From Octopus vulgaris (Eukaryota): a stretch of DNA of 64,000 nt. Below the pieces are notes generated by a model. The model had not been told where the DNA came from. It did not search any database and saw only the letters and a list, made by a program, of their open reading frames with translations. The stretch spans positions 65,844,001 to 65,908,000 of the forward strand of contig OX597814.1 of assembly GCA_951406725.2 (NCBI GenBank). Reading direction: 5' to 3'. The position numbers and the translations under genes are program-made. Shown here piece by piece: positions 28,851-43,234 of this stretch (positions within the stretch are counted from its first letter, which is position 1; each line of letters begins with the position of its first letter).

Positions 28851-30649
28851 TAACTTTGCGTAAAATAATAGCCACATCTCCTTCAAATTAAAGCATAATT
28901 ACTTTTTAAAAAGTACAACAATACAACACAGGAAATTAATATGGAGCGAACAGGCAAAGCTTAAACGGCATTCATCATATGTCTGATTGATTTCAATCTA
29001 CTTCGGGATGGAACAGCAGCGACAACTTCGGTCTTCGAAAGTAACATTGATTTATAACTGTGAAGAATTGTGTTTAGTGGTATTGTGTACATTCGTATGC
29101 TACTTAGGGAGGAAATTCCAATATTACGGACAAACTCTTTCAAGGTGCGTGGAATATTCATGTATATATTTCAAATCAAGCACACAAAGATATACACATG
29201 CATAAAGTTACGGACAATCATATTTAACATGTTCGTCTACATTTACACGTGGAAAGACAATGCACTGCAAAAGATGTCTCCATCGAAGCAATTCGCCTTA
29301 TTAACAATATTGGTGTAAACACACCACTAGGCCATGAGTAGGATGTATGACTGCATCAATACCCTTCATCGGCTATGTATACCGAGCCATCATTCATGGC
29401 CATCTAGAGCTGGTCGCTCATATATTAGCATAGCGAATGCTATATTTGCCGTTGCGCCAATAGTTTTATCAACCTGGAATAAATTAACTAGAGGTGTATT
29501 AAGTAGTGTTGACTGAAATATAGTTATGTACAGTCATAACATGCTTGAGCACATTCGGACATGGTAGGACAATACGATGCAGAAGTTATCTTGAGAGAAG
29601 AAAATTCTCATGCGTTTCTGCGTTTGTTACGTTTCATCAGCTACAACCATATTGCATATAAAGAGAATTTCGTCACTAGAGATCACATTCTCATTCCATG
29701 TCCGTATGCACACAAACATGTCAAATACGACTGTGCATAACTATATTTCCTTCAATGCAGCTTAGCTGCACTTCTGACTTATTTATTCGATCCTCATAAA
29801 GCTTTTCGCACATTAGCAAATGTTCCATTTGTCATTCTAATACAAGAGCAACCGACACTTTGAAGCCCCAAGCGACAGATAGATACACGCAGACGATAAA
29901 ACGTAATTATGCAGATACTCATGCGTCCTCCTGTCCAGTGCCTATATTCATATCTGAGAGTTGTGTTCACACCCATATTGTTTACAAGGAGAATTTCTTC
30001 ACTACAAAGAACTTGTGCAGCGTGTTTTCGTTCCATGTCCGAATGTACCATATATGTTAAATATGACTGTATATAACTAATTTCATTAAACGCTAGTTAG
30101 TTCAGCACTAATTGATATATATGCATATACATCCACCCAAATGCATGCGTACATATGTACAGCATACAGCCATATACATATATACACATACACACACACC
30201 CATACACATATTATCATTCCTATAGCTGCTGTTGTTCCATCTTTTCACGTGATAATCGTTTAAGAGTTATCTGTGCTTTAACGGATTATAGTCAAACGCT
30301 TATAAGACACGTCTGCCTCTCTCTATATTGTCCGAAGTTAAATATCTGATGAGAATCAAGAGCCTGATGATCGAAATCTCTCTTATATGAAAATTTCATA
30401 TCAGAGCACCTATCAAATGACTCTCAACAATAATTCTCAAACACATTTGGTTTGCGGTCCAGAAGCATAAACTATTCCCTGTTGACCGGATTGTGACAAT
30501 TTTTCTTACAATAAATGTCTTAATGTAGAACAAAATAGATACATAAAAGTGTCAATAACCTTATAACAACTTTATTAATAATAAAGACAGAAACATGAGG
30601 TATTAGCAAAGTTTGTGGGCAGGGATGTATGGTGAAAACTCATCAACAT

Positions 30650-31400
30650 AGTATCAGGCTCTGCAGTGACTACCATGACTTTGAGACTCAGTCTCAACTC
30701 ATGGCTCACCACTTCATCCTTCGCGGATATCCCCACACAACTGTTCGCACAGCCCTTGCCAGAACACGTTCCGTGGACTGTGCCTCTGCTCTCTCTTCCC
30801 GTACCCGCCCCGCCGTTGCCCGTTTCCCGTTTCTCCTAACCTACCACCCTGACCCTTCAACGCACCATTCTCCGAACCTTCCGATGATTCCAGTCCGACC
30901 CCTCTACTTTGCATATCTTCCCCAACCTACCCCTTCTCTCTTTCAAACGAGCCCACAAACTGCGTGACCTGCTGGTCCACAGTTTCTTCTCTAACCCCTC
31001 CTCCTAACCTGGCTCATTTGCCTATTCCTTCCCACGCATCCATCCCTACTTGCCCCGACTTATCCAACACCATCATCCTCACAGGCACTCATCATCATCC
31101 CTATCATATCACTAACTCCTTTATTAGCACTTCTAGCAACGTCATTTACTGCATCTGCTCTTTCTGACCTTCTCTGTACATTGGTCAAACGGGACGCCGC
31201 TTGGCTGACCGGTTCATGGAGCACCTCCAAGACATTAGACTCGGCAATGACACCCCGGCCTCGCTCCATTTCCGCTCTACCTGTCATTCATTGCAACACC
31301 TGTCTGTGTTCGGATTGTCTTTGCACAGAGGCCATTCGCTGTGAACAGGAATTAATCTTCTCTCTTCGCTCCTTTGCCCACATGACCCTCCTCGCTTTAT
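30650..31400 (+). pseudogene. Penelope-like element remnant: RT C-terminus/linker plus GIY-YIG endonuclease
   Basis: IRLCSD..DFETQ..HFILRGYP, FLLTYHP, FKRAHKLRDLLV, TSSNVIYCICSF*PSLYIGQTGRRLADRFMEHLQDI, EQELIFSL; frameshifted. Confidence 0.9.
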
Positions 31401-31830
31401 ATGACTCCTCTCCTTTCCTCTCTTCATCTGACACCTACTTCATCTCTTCAATCCTACACACCTTCTCTCTTCATTGATAACCCCTCCACCTACACCTCAC
31501 ACCCACACATCCACACACCCAACTCCAATATTCCCGACCCCAACCCCTACACCTCCACCTTACACCCACATCTCTACCCACACCTACATCTCCACCCCAC
31601 ATGCCACACCTACACCTCTCTCATTTCCCCACCCCACATCGCACCACCCCAATCACGCCACATCACTCCACACACACTAGCAGTGACTACTTCCCAGCAT
31701 CCACATCACATACTATCTTCTGCACACACACACCATCATCCGCACACCCCCACACCAACATCCACACACCCACACATTACAAATGCACATACACACGCAC
31801 GCATCCGCACGCATCCGCACGCATCCCTTT
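31400..31830. repeat. C/A-rich low-complexity tract (PLE 3' region)
   Basis: Degenerate (CAC/CCA/CA)n giving His/Pro/Thr-rich pseudo-ORFs; includes (cgcacgcatc) x3. Confidence 0.8.
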
Positions 31831-32009
31831 GTTTTGGGATCACCAATACTTTATTATCTCCCCTTCTTTCTACCCCTCCTTTCAAACCTTCTTTTCCCAA
31901 CCAGCCGCCATGCTCTATCGCTAAATCCACAAGTTTGTGTTTTTTTCTCTGTTTATTTTCTCTTATCATCTTTCGCAGTTTTATGACAAGTGTAGGTAAT
32001 TTTTCAGAG

Positions 32010-32950
32010 GCCTAGGAAGGGGTACTTGACAAACATGGTGTTGGAAAATGCAATGAAAACAACGTCTTCTGCTAAAATATTGCGTTGAACAATAATCAAG
32101 TCACCACTATCATCTTCTATCAGAAAGATAGTCTGGAGAAAATCTGGATGCACATTTGGTCCAAGAATCGGACCAAGCTGATCTCCACGTAAAACTTCTG
32201 TCAAGAATTCTAACTTCTTTATAGATTTCTCTTCAAAAGCACAATTAAAACTCACCATACTGCAGTTTTACTGAACGAGACTAAGGGTTTTCCACAAAAA
32301 AACCCAGATATCTGTTTGAGGGTAATAACCAGGAGATCCAGAATTTGTTTCTTAAAAAGAGGTTTACTCATCAATAGTGTCTTGCTCAGCCCACTTGCCT
32401 TGATATGAAAGCTAACTTGTACTCAGTATGCAGCAAATTCCTCTACAGTTTTAGAGAAACCCAGAATTCTAGTAATCTAATCTTAAAGAGAACTAAACTG
32501 TGTACATACATCTGTGCCTACTGCGAGTTTTATGAATTTCTGCCGCTAAAGAATGGCCTTTCGCATCAATCTTAGAAATCGCTAGTGGAATGTTTAAGGA
32601 GTTCATCCTTAACTGGTGGTTAGAACACTCTTAGACGCTTCCACTTGATTCCAAGACTTCATAGTTTATCTTTTGTTGCACCCGCTACTGTAGACAGAAC
32701 TGGATCGGATCAAAAATTTGAAGAGTATATCAAGGCCATAAAGCAGCTGAAACATGGAAAGGCGGTAGGAATTGAGGGAAAGTTGCATGAGTTCTGTGTT
32801 TATGAGAGCAAGGCGAAATAAAACAGAATGTAAATGCTGCAGTTACCACTGTGAGAGAACAAAGGTGCTTAAAATAACGGGTAATTGTGCTTGCCATTGC
32901 TCTCCTAAACTCATTTGTATCTTTCATTGCAGACTAATTCCTCCAAAATA
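32010..32950 (-). pseudogene. Possible decayed hAT (Charlie-like) transposase remnant
   Basis: Ordered minus-strand fragments ISLQ..AQLPVIL, LGIKWKRL, HSLAA, FHIKASGLSK (cf. HTEVRWLSK) and LHFPTPCLSST (cf. LPFPTTYLCES). Confidence 0.4.
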
Positions 32951-32984
32951 GTAATACTGTTTCAGACTAAACAAGAGCTTTCAG

Positions 32985-34090
32985 GACATGGTATTAGCTC
33001 AAGAAAAATGAAAAGAACAAGTACAAGGACTGTTCACTTGTAGACCCTACTAAAGCTTTCGACACAATGAGAAGGAAGGGCCTGGATAAAATTAAGAAAC
33101 AATTGAGATGTTCTCCAAAATTTCTCAACATGTTCATTCAGCTACATAAGAAACAACATGACACAACAACGAACCCTCACAGCTCTTCCAAATAGGAAAG
33201 AATGTAATGCAAAGCTGTCTTCCTCATGTCTGCTCTCTTCATCATCACTCCTTCCGCTTGATGCTCAAAATGACCATAGAAACTTGGAGGAAGAGGATAT
33301 TCTCTACATACGTCAATAGCAGTCAATTCAACCTGAGGCGAAGGCTGTTCCACAGAAAAAAACACAGGAACAATTCCTCTGAGAAATATCCTTTGGGACG
33401 TTCCAGAAATCGTTGCTTACATACTAAAGTATAATATGCCCTGCTTTGTAGATCCCACCGAGCTCTTCCGACGTGAAGTTACCACCGTCCTTGAATACCC
33501 ATCAGCGAAACAGATATGGAAACATTTGCTCAATTCAGTTAGCAGATATACCATTATTCCTGTAGACAACTGAATGACAAACAGTGCATTCGGTAAATTG
33601 TACAAAACTGTTTGAAACAGCGAGCTCTCTACAAAAGAGACAAAGATCAGCGTATAGGTCACATTTCCGTACGACACCGAGTCATGAATTACCTATCACC
33701 ACAACCTTCGACTCTTTGAGCACTTCCGCCAGCGCTGCCTCCGCGCCAACTTCAACATTCACTGGAGTGAACCCTCAAATAAGTGGAAATACACATCATC
33801 GAGGGTTACGCTTCTAAAGGCGCAATTGCATTTTACAGGATTCTTATACACGTTGGAAGATCATTACCTGTCCAAGATTGTGCTATGTGGTGAACTTTCC
33901 ACTGGTCATCAAAATAGATACGCATCAAGAAAAATGTACAAGAAAAATATGAAAATAATCTGTCTGCCACATCAACTGTTACGTGGGTCTACTAAAATCT
34001 CCAATTGTGTAGCTTGGCGACATACCTTTCAACATACCGTTTCTTTCTTAGATAGTGCACGCATATTTGCCGTGGCAAACAAGAGAAAAT
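32985..34090 (+). pseudogene. RTE-clade LINE reverse transcriptase and C-terminal remnant
   Basis: TKAFDT, CSPKFLNMFIQLH, MQSCL, SQFNLRR, and LSKIVLCGELSTGHQNRYASRKMYK (RTE-type C-terminus); heavily disrupted. Confidence 0.8.
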
Positions 34091-35081
34091 TCAGCGTGGA
34101 AAACTACCTTCATGGTTCTACATTCGCGAGGTCGAGCCATATGTATATGTATGCATACACACACGCACACACACACACACACACACATACACACACACAC
34201 AGATACATATACACACACACACATATGTATGTGAATACATGTGTGTATGTGTGTGTATTTGTGTATGTGTGTGCTTGTGTTTCTGCAAACCGGCCAGAAT
34301 TGCAAAAAGTAGTCGTAGTAGTAGTCATCACTGATCGTGCCACTAGTATGTATCTATTTAACTTCTCTCTCGCTCTTCTCTTTTTTTGTCGTCCCTATGT
34401 CTGAGTACTACAAGCCGTCGTAGTATTAGTAGTAGTAGTAGCAGCAGCAAAACCAGCAGGAAGTAAGATGATCAGCGAACATGAGCAGCAACATGGAAAA
34501 TTCTGTTGACCCCGCCCATTTACTCCAACTTCATCGCTCCACCTTCCAACTCTGACAGCCAGCCTCTCCCACTCCTCTATTACTTTTTCGCAAATAAATA
34601 ACCATCCTGCCGCTTCCCCGATATTTTCCTCGTCCTTCTTCTTGTGCTTCTCTCACACCTCCAAAATTCTTTAAGCCCCAGGTCTCTTTTCCCATCCATT
34701 ATTTAATTCTTCTTAATTTATGCAGTGCTCATATATCTACCTAATACACACACACTTTCTCTCTCTTTCTTTCCGTCTCAGCCTCTCACTCTCTCTCTCT
34801 TTCTTTCACCCTTCTTTCTCTGTCTCTCTTTCCTCCTCTGTCTTTCATCTTCATCTCGTTGTTATTAATGCCTGTACATAATCTGTTTCATTTCTTTATG
34901 CTGATTCAGACGCAATGAAATCTATCTTCCCTGTTGGATTTATTGTTTTATACTAGTATCAGTACTCCATCATTTATACACACACAGACACACACACACA
35001 CACACACGCATATATTCATATGTATGTATGTGTATACATATGTGTGTGTGTATATGTGTGTGTGTCTGTGTGTGTGTGTGC

Positions 35082-35118
<37 letters not shown>

Positions 35119-35644
35119 AAGAGTGAGAAAGGAGAGAGAAAGAGAGATAGAGATGCGCTGACAAAATTATATGTGTATGTGTCCAGTTGTTCAAGGTCTA
35201 TCTATCTACTGTAGAAAAAATTCTCAAGTGAAATCAGTGTGCCGCAGTGTGTTTAAGTTCAGCCTTAAGGTTACTGCTGCAGTCTGTCCGATAGACTTCC
35301 TACAATCTATTCACTTCCGCTTGGATTGTTTATCCCTACACACAGCTGTGGTAAAATCCACTGGAATACGAAGGCAACTAATGGAATCGAACACGACGAG
35401 GCCCTATGATATCAAAGCGAATATGTAGACGACTCGGTTATGCACTGTGCAATTTACAAACATACTACTATATACGAAATGTTCACAAAGATGAAGTTTG
35501 CAGACAAAGTTTTCTTTTTAAAACAAGCGAAAAAAAATAATAATATACTTAAATTTAATTGAGTGATCCTTCGATGTTTTAGTGCGTTTATACATAAAAG
35601 CAAATGTTAATATATTTATATGTGCATGTATATATATGATGATA

Positions 35645-36272
<628 letters not shown>

Positions 36273-36394
36273 ATTTGAAAACTTAATCCTGAAACAATCT
36301 CGATATATATGAAGAATACGAATTTCAGGATTCTCAGAATCCACTGAAACGTTCGACATAGTGCCTTGCGTTATTTTGTCTAGCTCAGTGCATT

Positions 36395-37195
36395 CAGTAC
36401 CCAATTTCTCTGGAGATCAACATCGCCTTTCGTCCTTTCTGGGTTGTTAAATAAAAGATTACCCGAGTACTGGGGTCGATCTAATCGAGTAGTCCCTCTT
36501 GTGAAAGATACTGGCTCTGTGCTTGCAGCAAAAATTGTGAATCGCGATGGATTGGAAAATGGTTTGCATGTTGACAAATTACTTTGCATTATTTCTCCCG
36601 ACTAGGTTTTCGAGCTGGCAGAATCGTTAGCACGCCGGGCATTTCGTCTGTTTTTACGTTCTGACTTCAAATTTCGAAGTCGATAAAATAAGTACCAGTT
36701 GAGGAACAGGGTCGATGTAATCGACTTAACTCCTCTCCCGAAATTACTGGCCTTGTACCAGGATTTGAAATCATTATTTCTTCCGACCCCTTAGTTTCTG
36801 AGACGAAGTCCTGCCAATGTCGAGTTTGCCTTCCCACATACGGAGTTAAGACTATAAATCACCAGAGGAGAATTATGGTTATTATAACCAACTAAACACG
36901 ATCTTTGAATTTCAAGATTAATGCTTTGTTAGACATAATCGTTATATTTAAAAAACACTTCTTTAAAAGACTGGTGGATTTGGCCAGACATGTTAGATCA
37001 TCGGCTAAAGTGCCTTCTGGTATTTGTAGCAGCTTTTTATTTTTTGAGAACAAATCTCGCCAAAGTTAACTCCACATTTCATCCATGCGGAGTCAAGGAC
37101 AGAGACTTACCAGGTAAATCCGAAGATCGATGTAATCTCAACTAATGCTTTTCCCTAAATGCTGCTGGCTTTATAGCAAAATATGAAATCATTAA
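36395..37195 (+). mobile_element. Cluster of about four degenerate SINE family B copies in the same orientation
   Basis: Repeated gagctggcagaatcgttagcacgccggg / taccag..ggggtcgatgtaatcgact / tttgaaatcattat motifs. Confidence 0.7.
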
Positions 37196-37574
37196 TATTA
37201 TAGAATACACAGAAGAAGGCTTTGTGTGTATGTATGTTTGTGTGTATGTGTCTGTATGTGTGCCTGTATATATATGTATGTATATATGTGTATATATGTG
37301 TGTGTGTGTGTGTATTTATATATACATGTATATTTATATTTTACGAGCTGCACTCGTGAAAAATTCACAGAAAATATAAAAAATGTAAGCATCTGTAAAT
37401 TGTGTGCTGGTGCCATTGTGACACTTACGGAATATAGAAAGAAGTGTAAAACCGATAACTCTATAATCCAACCAAAATATCTGTTACGCAATCGTAAACA
37501 CAATTACTATTTAGCCTTAAAATACATCGTACATATTCAAAGAATCTTCTTGGTTTAGTGGTATGGAACGTTCT

Positions 37575-37716
37575 TCCCGTTGGTAGCTTATTCTACCAGT
37601 CTCTTCTGCCGAACAGCTAAGTTACGGGGAGCGGTTGTCAAACAGTGGTGGAGGGGGACAAACACAGACACAAGCACACACACATACGCACACACACACA
37701 TACACACACACGCACG

Positions 37717-37773
<57 letters not shown>

Positions 37774-37858
37774 TTATATGACTGACTTCTTTCAGTTTCC
37801 GCCTACCAAATTCACTCACGAGGCTTTGGTCGGCTCAAGGCTATAGTAGAAGACACTC
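37575..37858 (-). mobile_element. SINE family C with internal microsatellite
   Basis: gccgaacagctaagttacgggga..gacaaacacagacac (CA)n(TG)n cttctttcagtttccgcctaccaaattcactcac..ggctatagtagaagacact. Confidence 0.8.
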
Positions 37859-38367
37859 TTTAAAGTATAGAGATGAATTTCGTGTAGCCCCCTGTTGGCA
37901 ACTTTTCTCCCCTACCCATTTTGTAGGGGTTATTACCCATTTGTCTGGGTTCTTTTCACAGTTATACCCCGTTCGAAATTTGCATTAGTTTTTGTATGAA
38001 AAAAAAAGGAAAGGAATGAGGGGGGGGCTTGTAGTTTGTAGAGAAAACGTTAAACAAGCCTGAAAAAAAAGATATTGTCTTGCCCCCCAACTAAAAGACA
38101 TGAAGAACTGTGAAAGAAGGCGAATAAGTACCGGGGGTGAGGGAAAGAAGAGAGAACTAACAATCGATCGTTTTCGAACCCCCAGAATAAAAACGTAAAC
38201 ACCTAAAAGACTTACTCTGTATTCATTGCTGAATGTCTTTCCCGCTTCTTCATTGTTAAAAGTAAAAAAGCTAGAAAAGATCGATCATATTTCAGTCTAA
38301 TTGTCATTGTAAATGCTTTCCTTTCTGTCTCTATCGCTTCACTCCTTTTCTCTACAGTTAACAGAAT

Positions 38368-38630
38368 GAAGGTGCGTGGCTCAGTGGATAGGGGTACTCG
38401 GCCCACGATCGTAAAGGTATGAATACGATTCCCTGCGGCACGCTGTCTTCTTGAGCAAGGTACTCTACTTCACTTTGCTGCAGTCCACTCAGCTGGCAAA
38501 AATATTTGTAGCTGTAATTCAAAGGGGCCAGCCTTGTCACATTCTGTATGAGGCTGAAGCTCCCAGAGAGCTACCTTATGGTATGCATGTCTGTGGAGTA
38601 CTCAGCTACTTGCGTGTTAATTTTACCGAC
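38368..38630 (+). mobile_element. SINE family A; partial second copy at ~38880-39030
   Basis: A-box tggctcagtgg, B-box-like tacgattccc, body ttgagcaagg..cagtccactcagctggc..gccagccttgtcacattctg. Confidence 0.8.
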
Positions 38631-39366
38631 AGTGCCATATTTTAAAAAGAGTGAAAGAAAAGGAAATGTTCCATATCGTAAAGCAAAAATGTCACGTGTT
38701 TAGCATAAGCAGTGAAAGCTAAGACGAAATAATTGCTATTCCGTCGTGTATTCGGCCTGCACATGTGTTTATCTGGGGGCTCTCTAGATCTGTGAGACCC
38801 ACAAATGCCGCTGTTAGGACCGGATTTACACCCATAGGATCTATTTTCGTTTTCTATCAACCACTTGATGGTTTATCTTGCTTCAGTCCACTCAGTTGGC
38901 CAAAATAAATTGTAGCTGTAATTCAAAGGGGCCAGCCTTGACATATTCTGTGTGAGGCTGAATCTCCCCGAGAACTACATTAATGATATGCATGTCTGTG
39001 GAGTACTCAGCCACTTGCAAGTTAATTTTATCCTCGTGTAGTAATGAAAAGCGAAAGGGACATCCAATATTTACTGTAGTTCTCTTTGGGTTAATAATGT
39101 GACTGTGTATCTATGTATCAACTTTTCTTGCGATGTGATAAACATTTAAAAACACAAAACGAATGCCATCACCACTCACTGTCTCTCTTACTCTCTCTCT
39201 CACTTTCTCTCTTGCCCTCTTTTTCTCTCTCACTCTTTCTTTCTCTCTTACTTTCCCTCTGTCCTTTCTCCCGCTTCGTCACTCACTTCTTCTTTGAGGT
39301 AAATGTGACACACACCACAGGTACGGACATAAAAAAAAAACAATAAGTTTGCGTATTAAGTATTAT

Positions 39367-39414
<48 letters not shown>

Positions 39415-39484
39415 TTCATATATGTATATATGTGTATTTATATTTTATATATGTATATATGTGTATTTATATCTATATTTATGT

Positions 39485-39810
39485 GGAGGCGCGTAGCTTA
39501 GTGGTTAAAGTTATTCTGCTCGCGATCGTAGAGTCGCGAGTTCGATTCCCGTCGGCGCGTTGTGTTCTTAAGCAAGACACTATATTTCACGTTCCTCCAG
39601 TCCACTCACTTGGAAAAAATGAGTAGTACCTGTATTTCAAGGGTCCAGCTTTGTCACATTCTGTGTCACGCTGAATCTCCCTGAGAAGTATGTGAAGTGG
39701 TATCCGAGTCTGTGGAGTGCTCAGCCACTTGCATGTTAATCTCACGCTGCAAGCTATTCCGTTGATCGGATCAACTGGAACTTTCGTCGCCGTAAACGAC
39801 GGAGTGCCAG
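39485..39810 (+). mobile_element. tRNA-derived SINE, family A, full length
   Basis: Pol III A-box tagcttagtgg and B-box gttcgattccc, conserved central ttgtgttcttaagcaagacac..ccagtccactca block, (TATG)n tail. Confidence 0.85.
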
Positions 39811-39811
<1 letters not shown>

Positions 39812-39842
<31 letters not shown>

Positions 39843-40060
39843 TGTATGTATGTATGTATGTATGCATGCATGCATGCATGCACGCACGTACGTACGTACG
39901 TACGTACGTATGTATGTATGTATGTATGTATGTATGTATGCATGCATGCATGCATGCATGTATGTATGTACGTACGTACGTACGTATGTATGTATGTATG
40001 TATGTATGTATGTATGTATGTATGTATGTATGTATGTATGTATGAATGAATGTATGTATG
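39812..40060. repeat. Compound (TATG)n/(CATG)n/(TACG)n tetranucleotide array
   Basis: Directly visible alternating purine-pyrimidine blocks. Confidence 0.95.
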
Positions 40061-40724
40061 TGTGAATATACATACGCACGCTTAGCCTTTTAGTTTGGTA
40101 ACGAATTAGAGAAGTACTCAATGCAGACGTAGATGCAATAATTATATTTAAGCCGCTCCACTGACCTGTTACTCTGCTATTTCTTCAGATAATCATGTGT
40201 ACGTATATATATAAAGAGAGGGACAGAGACAGAGAGACAGACAGTTATACATGACTTTTATCCATTTATTTCTTGGCAAAATGCCACGCCCAAAATGTGT
40301 TTGCCTCTGATCTGTCTAACGTTCGTCCATCCGTTCGTCATATTTTCTTTCTTTCCCCATTTTGTTTCTGTTTGCATTGTGTTCCTACGATCTGATTTAC
40401 ACTGACAACTGACTATCTATCACTCGTCTACCCAACTAGTTATAGAGACTATCTATCCTAATTGTCAGAAATACCTACAAATCTCTCTGGCTGCTTGACT
40501 GACTCATTCACTGACTGGCTCTCTGTTATTCCTTACTAAGTCTATAGTCAATAATGAAATTCAGCAGGGCTGGCTTACGGCAAGAAGGCGGAGTTTGGCT
40601 TTTTATTTCATTGTACCTTATTTTGTTTATATGTATTGTTGAGATAAGCAATAAATATATCCTCATGACATGATGAAAATTGTACAGGAGAAAAGGCTTT
40701 AGTGAATGAGAAATTACTTTGTGA

Positions 40725-42370
40725 TCGTTCAATATGCTAAAAATAGCAGTCAAATCACATTCAAATTTTACTCAGTTATTAGAAAGAGACACGCGCTTGT
40801 GATAGATGGAAAGCATTTTTGTTTATAAATTTGCTCAGAAAGGTCTGACTCAGGACTAAAAACATCAAGTCAACAAGGAAGTGTCGATCCTTTAGAAAAA
40901 GCAGTTAAACCGTCTTTCAATTGTAATAAAAAGCATAATATAGAAAGGACATGTTCGATAATGTGTTCCTCTATATACAAAAAGACAACATTTTCATAGC
41001 TACAGCGTTTTAATCTTCGATCTGTTTGATCAAATCTGACACGTGCTAAACAACAACATCATTATCCAACGAGGAAACACGAACCTCTTAGAAATTGAGC
41101 AAAATATAATCTCACCAAGCGCATCTTTTTTTCTCATACGAGGTCACTTTCGGTAATAATATTTTCTGCGATACACTGGAAAAAAAAAACGATGTTATCA
41201 TAGCTGACCTGGGGCTAAACAACAACAACAATATTAAGTATAATATTCCGTTATAAAGATCAGGGCATTTGAAGGGAGATAAAAAAAACCTAAAAAGGAG
41301 ACCAGGTGAGGAGGATTTGTATACTGTTGTTGTCTAGCCCCGAGATAAAAGGCGTTTTCAACCGTTTGTAGTTATTGTTGATGTTGGTTACACTTGATTA
41401 AACAGACCTTTGGTCAAAGGTATCCCATTAGTGACTGTTTCATCTGTGAGGGTTATGCAGAACTACAATGCCATAAGAATATATAATATCATGATGGCAG
41501 GATTTGGGGGAGATTGCTTGATATTTCTAGCAGATCGAATAACTACCTTTATAGATACTTCTTTATTAGTTCATCCGTTTCTCACTAAAATGGTGCTGAT
41601 CATTTTCTGGGAGTTATTGCTGCTGTTCCTAGCAGACCGTTGGCTCGTAGAGAGACGTAAGTTAGCGACTGCATAAATGAAATGAAGTAAATGACAATGA
41701 TTCCATCGGAGATTGAAAGCCGCTTTCTCGAGATGGGATAACTTTCAAAATGGGAACCTCTTCACGCTCCCTCAAACAGCCAGATCTCTTTCAATTTACA
41801 TCTTAACGTCTTATAATAGGACATGATGAATAATGTGGGCCTAGATTCGCTGACGGGATGATTACGGCTGGTTAAGATCTGCTTGATCTTAAGCAACAAC
41901 AAAAAGTTGTCAGGGGAATTTTTACATGATCGCTTGATTTGTTAGAAATAACAGTAGTATCTCACTCAGATTACAAAGGGTTTATTAAATAAATGAAAAA
42001 GCAAATATATACTAAATGACATTGTGAAAATGAAGGACAAAATAAACATAGTCGAAGGCCTTTCATCATATCTGCTCGATCCGTATCGATTTGAGTATAA
42101 ACAATAAAAATAGCAACAACAACTAATCAACTGCAATTTTACGTCACCATTTTACCCCTCCCCTCTCCAAGGAAACATTCAGCTATGAAAGTTCTATGTA
42201 GTCACTAGAAATGCTAAAAAGAGCAGTCAGATCAAACGCAAGCTATACCCTACTGACTATGAGAGCGACACATTAGTTAATATATCAAAAAGACGTATGA
42301 TTAAGGCTAGAAATGACTTCTATGATAGGACGACTGGATAAAGCTGATCTGGTGCATAAAGAACAACAGT
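40725..42370. repeat. Cluster of ancient ~170-190 bp repeat units (family D), mostly tandem with an inverted section
   Basis: Recurring gctagaaatagcag.caaatc..ggaca...gataatgt..tctgct.gatc..ctgacctggggctaaacaacaac motifs; inverted unit at ~41325-41540; related units at ~16530 and 63520-63800. Confidence 0.6.
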
Positions 42371-42763
42371 AAAAAAAAAAAAAAAACAGCGGCAAGTGCA
42401 ATTAGGATTAAATAAAAATTCCGTGAAGACCAAAAGTGTACTGAGAATAAGTCATACTGGTTGAGCCTTAACGTTTGGCACAAACTCAGGATTTGGGATT
42501 TGCGGAATTGGTGGAGCATCGTCCCTTTCTTTTAGTTTTAGTCATTAGACTGCGACCATACCGAGACCATACCTGAGCGCTTCCTTAAAGGGTTCAGTCA
42601 AACAAATTGACCACAGTACTTATTTTTTATAAGTCTGGTACTTATTCGAACGGTTTCTGTAGTAGAACGTTTAAATTAGAGGGACATAAAACCACCAGCA
42701 CCGATTTCCCAGCGAAGGTGGGTATACAATTGTACCACAAAGACAGAAGTGTATACATACACA

Positions 42764-42826
<63 letters not shown>

Positions 42827-42991
42827 ATATGTATAGAGTGTTTGAAGTGATGTACATCCTCTTTTCTCTGTCTCACCTCTCCTTTCCATTTCCCTAAAAC
42901 GGAGAAACATTCTATAAGATTTATCTTGCAAAAGCCCTGATAAAGAATTATCCAAACTGCCTCCTTTTTCTTTACACACACGCACACACAC

Positions 42992-43061
<70 letters not shown>

Positions 43062-43104
43062 GTGGTTAATCCGCAATTTTACAACCTAAAGGTAGAAATA
43101 TATA

Positions 43105-43210
43105 CGTCACTAAAGTAAACAAAGGGCACTAATCAGCACCAGTACTGCTAGAAATAAGTGTCATAATAACTCAATAGCCACAGAAGCACTATTTGTTTAC
43201 TTTAGTGACG
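43105..43210. mobile_element. MITE (~106 bp)
   Basis: Perfect 19-bp TIR cgtcactaaagtaaacaaa / tttgtttactttagtgacg, flanked by TA on both sides. Confidence 0.75.
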
Positions 43211-43234
43211 TATATATAAATATATGACGCTCTC

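Noticed and set aside
28960-29900. Possible third hAT remnant on the minus strand (VVADET-like peptide)
   Set aside because: Only one short motif recognised; too weak to annotate without a search
31401-32015. 204-aa His/Pro/Thr-rich ORF
   Set aside because: C/A-rich low-complexity tail of the PLE remnant
39485-39560. tRNA-like sequence with A and B boxes
   Set aside because: Head of a multi-copy SINE; no complete cloverleaf with acceptor stem, so not called a tRNA gene
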